From Macrostomum lignano (taxonomy: Eukaryota), in NCBI GenBank assembly GCA_002269645.1, contig NIVC01000268.1:248001-312000 (forward strand): DNA of 64,000 nucleotides, given 5' to 3'. Within the stretch, counting starts at the first letter, position 1. Each line of letters starts with the position of its first letter. The position numbers were made by a program, and so were the translations under genes. Below the pieces are notes generated by a model. That model was not told the origin of the DNA, searched no databases, and saw only the letters and a list, made by a program, of their open reading frames with translations. Positions 35,444 through 46,774 of the stretch are shown in pieces.

Positions 35444-35663
35444 TATTAATCTATCAATCTATCAATCTATCAATCTATCTATCAATCTATCAATCAATCA
35501 ATCAATCTATCTATCTATCAATCTATCAATCAATCAATCAATCAATCTATCTATCTATCTATCTATCAATCAATCAATCTATCTATCAATCTATCTATCT
35601 ATCAATCTATCAATCAATCTATCTATCTATCTATCTATCAATCTATCTATCTATCTATCTATC
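35388..35663. repeat. Compound (ATCA)n/(ATCT)n microsatellite
   Basis: Read directly; just downstream of the PLGRKT stop. Confidence 0.95.
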
Positions 35664-35788
35664 TTACCATCATTACCATTCAATTTCTTCGTCATATTCT
35701 CTTAAAAATCGTGGACATTCTTAATACTACACACGAATCAATGGCAAGCAGACACAGAAGTTGTCGGCTTCAAATCGACAATGGACAT

Positions 35789-35904
35789 TTATTTGGCCGG
35801 TGATTGGCTAGCCAAACGCCTGCGGTCGATTTCGTCAAGAGTCACCATGCCGTTCGGCATGCTAGTCAGGTCGAATTCGTCAGCCAGAATATTCTCCGCC
35901 ATGC
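35789..35904 (-). CDS. PLGRKT: PLGRKT exon 3 (last)
   Basis: Acceptor CTCAAG|GC restores frame: RMAENILADEFDLTSMPNGMVTLDEIDRRRLASQSPAK*. Total 144 aa. Confidence 0.85.
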
Positions 35905-36039
35905 CTTGAGTTGGACAATTTTAACAAAAGCAAATTGATTTTTGTAGTGAAACGATGCCTAATGATTTCGGCAATCATTATGGATTGGTGAAAAGGCGCC
36001 CGGTCACATATTGATAAAAGTCTAAACTAGGACCTATTA

Positions 36040-37040
36040 AATATGGTGAACGGGAGCCCAAATGATGAAATGGTGAATCGGTGCCTAATTAATTATGAAA
36101 TGGTAAATTGACGCCTAACTGATGATAAATTGTGAACCGGCGCCTGACTGATGATGAAATGGTGAATCGGCGCCTAATTAATGATAAAATGGTGAATCGG
36201 CGCCTAATTAATGATAAAATGGTGAATCGGCGCTTAATTAATGATAAAATGGTGAATCGGCGCCTAATTAATGATAAAATGGTGAATCGGGGCCTAATTA
36301 ATGATAAAATGGTGAATCGGGGCCTAATTAATGATAAAATGGTGAATCGGGGCCTAATTAATGATAAAATGGTGAATCTGGGCCTAATTAATGATAAAAT
36401 GGTGAATCGGGGCCTAATTAATGATAAAATGGTGAATCGGGGCCTAATTAATGATGAAATGGTGAATCGGGGCTTAATTAATGATAAAATGGTGAATCGG
36501 CGCCTAATTAATGATAAAATGGTGAATCGGCGCCTAATTAATGATAAAATGGTGAATCGGCGCTTAATTAATGATAAAATGGTGAATCGGCGCCTAATTA
36601 ATGATAAAATGGTGAATCGGGGCCTAATTAATGATAAAATGGTGAATCGGGGCCTAATTAATGATAAAATGGTGAATCGGGGCCTAATTAATGATAAAAT
36701 GGTGAATCTGGGCCTAATTAATGATAAAATGGTGAATCGGGGCCTAATTAATGATAAAATGGTGAATCGGGGCCTAATTAATGATGAAATGGTGAATCGG
36801 GGCTTAATTAATGATAAAATGGTGAATCGGGGCCTAATTATTCATAAAATGGTGAATCGGGGCCTAATTAATGATAAAATGGTGAATCGGGGCCTAATTA
36901 ATGATAAAATGGTGAATCGGGGCTTAATTAATGATAAAATGGTGAATCGGGGCCTAATTATTCATAAAATGGTGAATCGGGGCTTAATTAATTATAAAAT
37001 AGTGAATCTGGGCCTAAGCAATGATGAAATAGTGAATTAG
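36040..37040. repeat. Intronic minisatellite, 30-bp unit ATGATAAAATGGTGAATCGGGGCCTAATTA
   Basis: About 30 copies inside PLGRKT intron 2. Confidence 0.97.
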
Positions 37041-37220
37041 CGCTTAAGTAATGATAATGATAAAATGAATCAACTGAGTCATCATTATTAGGCCCATCTA
37101 AAATTCTATCTCCAACAGAATGCCTTTTTACCATGTCTTGTAGGCCCATGCAGCACGCATACAATGACATGTACGCTATGCATAAACAATAACTCCAGGA
37201 TATTTTTACAAGCAACTCAC

Positions 37221-37458
37221 GTCGAATTCGCTGCATCTTAGACCCATAGCACAGGTCATACTGGTAGGCAATGATAAAGGTGAACGGCACGATTGGGGCC
37301 ATGGCGACTTTCTTGCCATGCCTGGCTGCTGCGGCGGCGCCAACAAAAGCCAGGGCATAAAAACTGGCCGTCCAATTGAACAGCTCGCGGCCTCGAGCAA
37401 TCTGGGCGGCCATCATGCGCTCTCGCATAGCGTTTTGCATCTCCAATTGACGGCACAA
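37221..37458 (-). CDS. PLGRKT: PLGRKT exon 2
   Basis: LCRQLEMQNAMRERMMAAQIARGRELFNWTASFY...PIVPFTFIIAYQYDLCYGSKMQRIR matches the family motif MQ..MRER.MA.QIA..RE...PIVP..F...YQYDL.YG; donor C|GTGAGT, phase 1. Confidence 0.93.
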
Positions 37459-37773
37459 CTGATTGAATTTGGTATACAACATTGAGTCAATAAAACGGCC
37501 CTTTTCAGGCACTTTTTAAATAACAGACTTACTTATCAATTTTAGGTGTAATATTCTGATGTTTCTACTGTAAGTAAAATATCTTGAAAATTGTATCTAC
37601 AGTAATTGTACAGTTTGTACTTTTGCTCTTAATTTAGCAATTAAACAAGTGTAGACTATAGTCAACAAATTTATAATTGCAATTTGTTTATATTTTAAAA
37701 GATTTTTCATGGCAGCCAATTATTAATCACTTAATAACTAACTACTGAACACAGAATTACAACAAGAACTTAC

Positions 37774-37854
37774 TGTTAGCTTTTGCATTTCAGCCATGGT
37801 TTCTTGGTTCTTCTTAGAGAAACTATCCATTATTTTTGACACTGGATTGCCCAT
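37774..37854 (-). CDS. PLGRKT: Plasminogen receptor (KT) homologue, exon 1
   Basis: MGNPVSKIMDSFSKKNQETMAEMQKLT (27 aa, like MGFIFSKSMNESMKNQKEFM..); donor ACA|GTAAGT, phase 0. Confidence 0.85.
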
Positions 37855-38339
37855 TTCTATGCTGTGATTATGAAATTAATTCTAGTCTGAATCTGAAATT
37901 ATTTTGAAGAAAGTTGCATGAATACATGCATTTAGGATGAAGGGTGGTACATAAAATATTAATAGATAGCCTAAGAACATAAAAAGTTATATTGTTTCAC
38001 TTGCTTGCTGTTGTGTTTGAATTGAGCTTCAATGATTTGTTAGTAGAGGAGAGTTGCAATTTGAGTTTCTTGCAATTTGCTATATATTTATACTTGTGTA
38101 CTGGTACTGCACATTAACAAGTTGGCACATTGAAATCGCATACAAGAGAAATAACCCAATACTGTACGATAAGAGATGAGTCAGTAGCTGATGCAATCAG
38201 ACTGAGAGTGACTGACAATTAGATGGGTGACACATAGCATACTTTAAATTAACCCCCTAAGAACTGACATGCACCTACCTCAAACACTTGCTTAAAGTAT
38301 AGTCCTAAACTTATGCACAGCCAGGCTGAATGTTTGCAT

Positions 38340-38960
38340 GGGAGCACAAGACTTGCCTGCTGAGATTTGCCTGCAGTGCAATTTGCTTGTGAGTGAATTG
38401 CCCACGAGCAAATTGCCCACAAGCAAATTGCCCGCCAAGATTTGCCTGCAATGCTTTTTTCCTGCAGCACATTTGGCAGCTAGATTCTGTCTACATTTCC
38501 TCCCCCCAAAAAATGTTTTGATGGTGTAAATCTCTTTATTCAGACTTACTAAGCATTGGGAAGGCAATGCAGACAAAACCTGCCATGTGGCCAAATGCGC
38601 TGCAGGAAAAAAGCATTGCGGGCAAATCTCGGTGGGCAATTCGCTTGCAGGAAATTCACTTGCGGGCAAATTGCACTGCAGGCAAATCTCGGCTGGCAAT
38701 TCGCTTGCAGGAAATTCACTTGCGGGCAAATTGCACTGCAGGCAAATCTCGGCTGGCAATTCGCTTGCAGGAAATTCACTTGCGGGCAAATTGCACTGCA
38801 GGCAAATCTCGGCTGGCAATTCGCTTGCAGGAAATTCACTTGCGGGCAAATTGCACTGTGGGCAAATCTTGGCTGGCAATTTTCAGCAGGCAAATCTCCA
38901 TGGGCAATTTGCTGTCAGGCAAAATGCACTACAGGCAAATCTTGGCAGGCAAATCTTGAT
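38340..38960. repeat. Foldback-like inverted structure with 60-bp tandem unit
   Basis: Four near-identical 60-mers at 38641-38880; 38340-38480 is an inverted, diverged version of about 38588-38720. Confidence 0.75.
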
Positions 38961-41354
38961 GGGCAATTTGTCTGCAAGCTATTCTTATGGACCCTGTTTG
39001 CACACAAGCTTTAGTACACTTGGCTAGTGGGGTTAATCTAGCCAACTTGACATGTCTGGAGCAAATGACTTATCACTATCTGTGCATCTCTTTATGCCTT
39101 GCTCCCCATTATTGTATCACACTATTATGAGAAATAAATGCCTAATAAATAAATTTTAGGCTGAGTCATATAGGAAAAATCAATGTAGTAAAACAGTTCT
39201 GGTTAGCTTTCAAGCTGTCTAAATTTTTATATATGTAGTATTGGCAGACAGATACCAAGGATAACTTTTATAGCTAAAAAACATACATAGGCCTAGTAAG
39301 AAATTTTTTAAGATTTTTCATTACTACTTTTTATAACTTTAAGTGCATATTATTCATCTCATAGACAAAATATTAAATTTAGGGTTATGGTTAGGGTTAG
39401 GGTTAGAAGTTTGACAGGAGATTTTTTTCAAGGCTATATGTAGCTTATTAAAAAATGTATATTGCATTTCTTTGGCTCCCCAACGGGAGGCGTAGATTGC
39501 TAGTCATGATTCTGAAGCTGCACATATGCTTGCCATCTATCAATGATTCTATATTATATGGCGATTATATATATATATCCCCATCCATCACATGTGTGCC
39601 AGAGAGAACATGGCAATATTTCAGCAGTAGCATTGCAGTTATGACTGGCACCTGGCCCATGCTCAACTATACCAAGTACCCATTGATTAGGCTAGTGTGC
39701 ACCTTGGTAATACTTTTGATAAAAGAAGTAAGAGTCATTTTTATTTACTTCTTTGCCAGGAGCACTAGATGATCAATGAGGTACTAGGCACATATATCTT
39801 TAATAGTTTTGTTAGTCAACAATGGTATTATGGCCAATGTTGCACTGCTATTGGCACTGACCCTGCTTTGCTTCTGCAGTCTACCACCAAATTAGCTCTA
39901 ATGTAACAACTGGTGCAATGAGATGGCTAGCTTTAAAAATGAGCCTTATCTAATTGATACCTGGGCATGATAGTTGATATATGCCCATGCAAGTTGATCA
40001 TACATGTCTAACCTCAAGATTTCACTTGTCTGGTGCAACTTAGTTTTGTCCAGATTTGCAACTTATTTTCTCCTGATTGCAACTTAATTTTCACTTTGTA
40101 TATGAATTTTCTTGCTTTTTTCTCTTTTCTTCTCTTTCTCTCTCTCTACTTTTCCACCCTCTCTTTTCTTCTCCTTTTTTCTTTCTACAATTTTTTGTTT
40201 TTTGCATTTTCAATTTTGCGACTTACCTCGGCTAGTGGCCATTTCACCCATCCAGTTTGGATGGGTTGGACAAGTGTTGGGTATATATGAAGTTGATCTA
40301 AGAATCAGTCACTAATTTGCCACTGAAAAATGCATTGCTATTTGACATATCCCCGTTGCCACCTAGAGGTCATAATGAGCATAACCATTAGTTTGCAATA
40401 AGATAGTAAGTTGCCATATAGTTAACTATGCCTTGAGATGTTGTGATAATGGCAAGCTCTTGCATGCCAATGAAATGAAATAGGCTTCATTTATTAATAA
40501 AACACTTTCCTAGAAATATCCCATTTTAAAATTATGCCATCTGTTACACTGTACAAATTTTAGAAATATTTTGCATACTCTATATATTCTATATATCATC
40601 ATTTTGTTTTAAACAGCAAGAAAATTTTAGTATAAATAGGAGGCAGCTAGAGACCAAACCAAATAAATTGTGTTGACTTTTCCTTGTTATTCTTTTTGCC
40701 TTTGAGCTTTAAAGTTAGAACTAGAAGTCAATCAGCCTCAAGGCTTGTATTCACTTATGTTACTTATTTTGAGTAGTAGATAGCAACTTAGGAATAGCCC
40801 TAAGATTGGAAGAATTCAATCCATTCTTAGAGAACAAGATATCTAGATTTAGAATCTGATAAATTGCCTTAAGAAGGCAGAAATCCTACCACAAGGTAGA
40901 ATAGTCCAGACTCAGGAGTCTGGGAAACCCATCTCAGGGCAGAAAACCCAGCAAGCAAGCTGTGACCCTCTGATCCTGGGAATGTCCAGGATAGGACTAA
41001 GAGAATAAAATTCCTTAGAGGAAAATAAGGATATAGTAAACAGTGCCATTAGACTGCTCATGCCAAAAGTGCAGTATATATACATATGTTACCAGTAAAT
41101 AAATTCATGCATTACCAATAAAAATATACTGGTAATAAATAATACTAATAGCAATAAGATCATCTAAGAGGATAGAAATAAAGCCCTGGGACAGCTTTTG
41201 GTAGGATTGAAGTCAGCCCTATAACAGCTTTGGGTGACAGCCATGGAATTATTCTAGAAGGCAGAAGTAACCCCTACATTAGTAAAGTGAAGGTTGCATA
41301 GCTGCATGGCAAGGTTGCATAGCAAATGTAAGACATTTAACTAATGGCTCTAAA

Positions 41355-41660
41355 AGAGCCACCATGCCAAACATAAAAGAGCCACCATGTCAAACAAAAA
41401 AGAGCTACTATGTCGAACATAAAAGAGCCACCATGTCAAACATACAAGAGCCACCATGTCAAACAAAAAAGAGCCACTATATCAAGCATAAAAGAGCTAC
41501 TATGTTGAACATAAAGGAGCCACTATGTCAAACATTAATAAGCCCAGGCTGAATATAAAAGAGCCACCATGTCAAACATAAAACAGCCACCATGTCAAAC
41601 ATAAAAGAGACATCATTTCAAATGTAAAAAGAAGCATCATGTCAAATATAAAGGAGCCAC
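41355..41660. repeat. 23-bp-unit minisatellite AAAAGAGCCACCATGTCAAACAT
   Basis: Read directly. Confidence 0.85.
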
Positions 41661-41699
41661 TATAAAGCTAAGGAAATTTTTGCATTAGCTACTTGTCGT

Positions 41700-43095
41700 C
41701 TGGTGGATGCTTGCTATTTAAGGATAGATAATTGCTATCAGAGGGATGCTTGCTATCTAAAGCATGCTCACTATCTGATTGATGCTTGCTATTGGGGAGA
41801 TGCTTGCTTGTTGCTATTGAAAGGATGCTTGCTATCTGGGGTAACTTGCTCTTGGGGGGTAGAGGGTACTTGCTATCTGAGAGGGGGTTGCTAGCTATCT
41901 ATAAGGCAAGGTTGGCAAACTTTTTTCAGTGTGGGTTGGATTGGAAGACTGGCCAGAAAAAAATGCACAACAAATTGAGGCTAAATGATCGTTTGGTATC
42001 CTATAGAATTGTTCATTAAATTATTTTCTTGCTTGAGTTTGATTCCTTTCTATTTTTAGAGTCCAAAATATGAAACAAGTGAACAAAATAATAGTTTAAC
42101 ATGCACTGGCTAGCAGCTAAATTGTTTGTTATAGTCAACTGCCATATAATGACACGAGGGTACTACTTGAAAGTTAAACAGTGGCATAATCCAACCTGAG
42201 GCTGCAGGTCGTCCAGCTATCCAGAAAGCAGTAGTCCAAAATCAGAAAATTAAGCAATGGCTTGACTTGAATCTCAGTATTGGTAGCTTGGCAGCTAATT
42301 TTTTAATCTCAAAAACATCTCCCTTTAAGGTCCCCTTGTGCACTATTACAGTTTTTTTACCATAGACACATTCTTATACTTTGTGTGCACAAAACTGATA
42401 CTATTTTTAGAATTCCTGAAATCAACACACAAACTCAAATGTGGAGAGATGTGTAGATAAAATAACCTAGTCACACTATTACCTAACATTAAAGCAGTAC
42501 CTTCATGTTGTGATGTGACAATTGACTATAACAAGCAATTTAGCTACCAGAACATGTTAAACTATTAATTTGTTCATTTGTTTAATATTTTTGGACTCTA
42601 AAAATAGAAAGGAAATGAATTCAAGTGACAAAATTATTCAAGGAATGGTTCTATAGGATAGTCAACAATTTTAGATGATAGAACAAATATAACCAACAAC
42701 CCCTCAATTAAGATTGATGCAGGAATGATGGGGTAAAAGCTAATTTTGCTTGTAAAGTTGAATGTTTCAACAAAAAATTGGTTTGCGGGCCACTTTTACA
42801 TTGTTAGATGGTAAGAGTGCTGCAGGCTGGACTTGAAGATGTTGTAATCCAGATCTGGCCCGCAGGCCACAGTTTGCCGACCCCTGCTATAAGGATTCTT
42901 TGTATCTAGGGATGCTTGCTATCTGCTAGGGTTGCTTGCTATTGCTATTGGGAGATGCTTTTTATCTAGGGTATGCTTGCTATCTGGGATTGCTTGCTAT
43001 TAGGGGATACTTGCTATCTGAGGGATGCTTACTATCTAGGGGATGCTTGCATGCTATCTGGGAATGCTTGATATTGGGGGATGCTTGATATTGGA
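41700..43095. repeat. Degenerate GGGATGCTTGCTATCT array, split by a hAT insertion
   Basis: Units at about 41700-41898 and 42900-43095 on either side of the element. Confidence 0.8.
41907..42886. mobile_element. 980-bp non-autonomous hAT element with perfect 8-bp TSD
   Basis: Ends CAAGGTTGGCAAAC / GTTTGCCGACCCCTG; TSD CTATAAGG at 41899-41906 and 42887-42894. Confidence 0.88.
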
Positions 43096-43721
43096 GAGGC
43101 AAGAGGCTTTTTAGAGAGAATGTCTATTGTCTTTGTGAAGGCTTTATTTTGCTATCTTTTTGTTGCTTGTAGAGAACAGAGATTTTATCCAGATGTCTCC
43201 CATCAAGAGGGGGGGGCAAAGATTGCTAGTTTTTACTAATGCTGCTTTTGGTGACTTTGCTAATTGTAGGGACTCTTGTGCCATAATCAAGAAAGAAAGT
43301 AGCATGTGTACACTGGAATTAAATTCAGAAGAAGGTCCTTATATATACCAACTTTGTATACATATACCAATATTAGCAATTGTCAAATTCCATTTATTAA
43401 ATTATTTTGACTCTGGAAGAAAAAAGTAATGCACAAATTATTTTAAGTATAAATAACTGACTAACTGCTTGAAATAGCTATTTTCAAGTTCTATTCATTA
43501 AATTATTTTGACTCTAGAAAAGTACTGTATGAACTATTTTAAGTACAAATAACTATGACTAACTGCTTAGAATAGCAGGCAATATAAGGCTTACACCATG
43601 CTCTATATTCTATATAGGGCTTGTGAAGTCCTATGCATGGTGCAAAGCATAGCGTTGCTAAATTTAGGACTTTATTTTTAGTTATTTGCTATTTGTCAAT
43701 CTGTTGAAGATCATTTATATT

Positions 43722-44852
43722 CAGTATTGGGCAAAGTTTCGGCACTTCTGGCACTTTTAGTACTGGAAATTACTTTTTTTAAGCGGCACTTTTTCCAGTT
43801 CTTTTTTTTAGAATGTCAGACTTCAGTAACAGAAGTTACTTTTTGATAAGTCCAGTCCTCCTGTACTTAAACATGAAATTTTAGGTGCCAAACAGTCAAT
43901 TTAGCACTAAATAACAACTCCTTTACAAGTTTTCTAATAAGCATAACTAGCAGTACACAAGGATACTACACTTGTGATTTGTGGAACATCTTTTAAAGGC
44001 CAATTTCTTCATTTCAATGTTTGTGCAGGATGACACAAGTCACAAGTGATGCATTCTAAGGTTTTGAGTTTTAATTCTTTTGAGGCTAATTTTCATTTTC
44101 TATTTGCAGCGCAAAGACATTATAATCAAGTTATTTTAAAGTATTGCGCATTGGTCTATCTATCAAATTCCAGCCATAATTTGTTGTCTAGTATCTTTTT
44201 TTAAAGTGATAACTGGCATTTCTAAGGCTCCCAGAATATTATTATTGATTCTAAATGAGTCAACAGTATAAAAGTATAATTACACTACTGTAAAAGTACA
44301 ATACTATACAAGCACAATACTATATATAAGTAGGGCGACAAGAGAATGGCCCACACAAACTGAGTTGCCTGAAATATTCTATACTGATCATTGTGATACA
44401 TATATTGGATAAAAATTATCTCCATACATATTTCTAAAGAGTCAGAATCAATATTTGAAAATCAGCCTCCTAATTTTTTATGTGAATTGACGAATTGTCC
44501 TGGTGTACAGTTAATTTTTGTTTTGTAAAGGTGTTATTTATTCATTCAAATTTAGACGCGATAATAACAAAAAACTTTATAGAGCATCTTTATTTGAGAA
44601 ATGACATGTTATGTTTAACTCCGGACCAACACATGTTTTTGTTTTTTTCATGAAGACATGTTTAAATACTTTTTAATTGGCAGTTCTTTAAAATTAGAAA
44701 GGACCAGTAATGGAAGTACCGGAAGGCGGAAGTTACTTTTCTTTGAAAGTACTGGTATTGGAACAAGTGTCAGAAGTTACTTTCCTTGGAGGCTTGGAAC
44801 CAGAAGTTACTTAACCAGAAGTTACTTTTTCAGAGAAACTTGCCTAATACTG
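43722..44852. mobile_element. 1.1-kb non-autonomous hAT-like element
   Basis: Ends CAGTATTGGGCAAAGTT / AAACTTGCCTAATACTG; flanks TTTATATT and TTAATATT (7/8 TSD match); subterminal AGTTACTTT motifs. Confidence 0.7.
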
Positions 44853-45209
44853 TTAATATTTAAACTGGACCACAGACCTTTTTTCAAGTTGAAAATGTTC
44901 AAATGTTCTGGCTATAGACTATTGCAGCTTTCTGGTATCAGATATATTATAAGTTTTGAAGCATAGAATTAGTACTTAATCAGGCTTAGATCTCTTTAAA
45001 GTATTTATTTGTATTTAAAATAGTTCATAGATTACTTTTCTAGAATCAAAATAATTTAATAAACAAAACTTGACAATTTCCCTAATGGGCATAGTTCTAG
45101 TTTACTTCGTTATATTATTCTGCCTTTCGTTAAATTATTTTACCCTGTTTTTCTATCAATTTCAGGTTCAATGTCAAGTCAAGTACTAAACAGGATAATA
45201 AACAGAGGC

Positions 45210-45485
45210 CTAGTACAGCATGGCGCCAAAGGGAAAGGGTTTATTATGGTACATGCAGCGCCAGATGTACTCCTCGAGATGGGCCTTGAAAAGCACGTCA
45301 CTCATTCCGTGCATGGCGCGCAGGCACCTCTTGGCCAGGGCCCACATCCCTTCAATGCGGTTTGTGTACACTGTTAGGTCAGCCAGATCCACAAAGTATA
45401 GATGGTGGTTTACCACTGCATGATTCTGTAGCCTGGCATAGCCTAGGCCAGCCAGCCATTGGTGATGATATGGGTCCCTGGTAGT
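45210..45485 (-). mobile_element. Merlin (ISXO2/IS1595-like) transposase C-terminal remnant
   Basis: GTHIITNGW [frameshift] ...GLGY..NHAVVNHHLYFVD....VYTNRIEGMWALAKR...HLEEYIWR matches the Merlin pattern GT.I.SD.W..Y...H..VNH...FVD......TN.IE..W...K...YL.EF.WR. Confidence 0.75.
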
Positions 45486-46774
45486 ACATGGCGTTGCAAG
45501 AAAATACATGAAATTAATATAACGAAGTAAAGTAGAATTATGAAAAAATATAACGAAGTAAACTAGAACTATGCCCCCTAATGTCTTATGTATATGCAAC
45601 TATGCACCTGATATGCCAAGAAATGCATATTTTATAGGCCTATTCTTATTATTGAAGCATACTACCAATATTATTACAATATCCAACATGAGCCATATGA
45701 TGCAAATAATATATAATAGGTACCTACACTTTTTGGCTTATGCTAATGTCCTGTGTAGTGACATGACATGTGCACACCACAGAACCTGAACGAATATGCA
45801 CACCATGTGCCCATGTACACAGTATATACACACCATGTACATGGTGTACAGTACAGCAAATGTAGACCATAGGCTAAAAATCCTGGCCATGACCATTCGT
45901 AGCCAATATTTGAAATAAACACTTATTTTTGTTTGTAAGCATAACTTGCTTACTTAAATGGTCATATATTTATTATATACACTTATAAGTTTCTGAGGAT
46001 ATCATCATTGGCCTTATCACAGTTAGGGCCTAACTGTGTATATAATTACATTTTTAATTTTAATCAATCCATCAAACTCAAACATTCCTGTCCAGACGAT
46101 AATTCTCATCTCATCTGATTGGCCTTGGCCATTAGCCTTAGAAATTGAACCGAAATTTTTTAAAACAAATGAGCACAGTTTTCAGAACAGAAAGGTAGAG
46201 TATGCATGAAGCAAAAAAAATTATGCGCGCAAGATTCCTTGCACAAAGTTGCATAGTTGTCTTGTCGGATTTCCTGGAACCGTATAGGCCCTACTTTGCG
46301 AGAATTTTCCTAGAATATTCAAAATCAAATAATAAACAGTGTTTCTACGACCAGCTCGATTGCTCGAAAAACAAAACTGCTACGGATCATAATAATATAT
46401 ATATAACGAAAGCATTTACAGTCAGTCATATCTGCTAATCATGGAGTAGAGATCTGCAAACCATAGAAAATTCGTGTAATCAGCAGGCATAGACAACTTA
46501 GCACTGCACACTACACTGCACAGTAGGTTAAAATAGGCCAACTCCTGTTCACGAACTAGGAACTTGCTCAGCACTGATGAGCGTAGAAGTAAACGGTCAT
46601 AGCTATTTTTGTAACATTTCAGTACAGCTTACTTGAACTCACCTTTTTATACAGCTTCATACATTCTGTTGAAATATACGAAAACGAAAAATTGATCCAG
46701 CTTTTTTACATACGATCGAGTCTTCAACCATTCGAGAGCTTTGGAAACTGCGAATCAGATAACCTTAACCTATA

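Noticed and set aside
36132-37040. 302-aa ORF of MVNRGLINDK decapeptides
   Set aside because: 30-bp satellite antisense in a PLGRKT intron. Variants are mostly non-synonymous (R/G, K/E, R/L), with no splice or Kozak context.
38292-39027. Several overlapping Cys-rich repeat ORFs on both strands
   Set aside because: Products of the 60-bp repeat, open in most frames; no coherent protein.
39378-39410. TTAGGG-like repeats (also about 1940-1970)
   Set aside because: Only 2-4 imperfect units; too short to call an interstitial telomere.
43390-43575. About 95-bp diverged direct duplication
   Set aside because: Ordinary local tandem duplication with no further structure.
46570-46600. CTGATGAG...GTAAAC hammerhead-like core
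   Set aside because: GAAA core is absent and there are no supporting stems.
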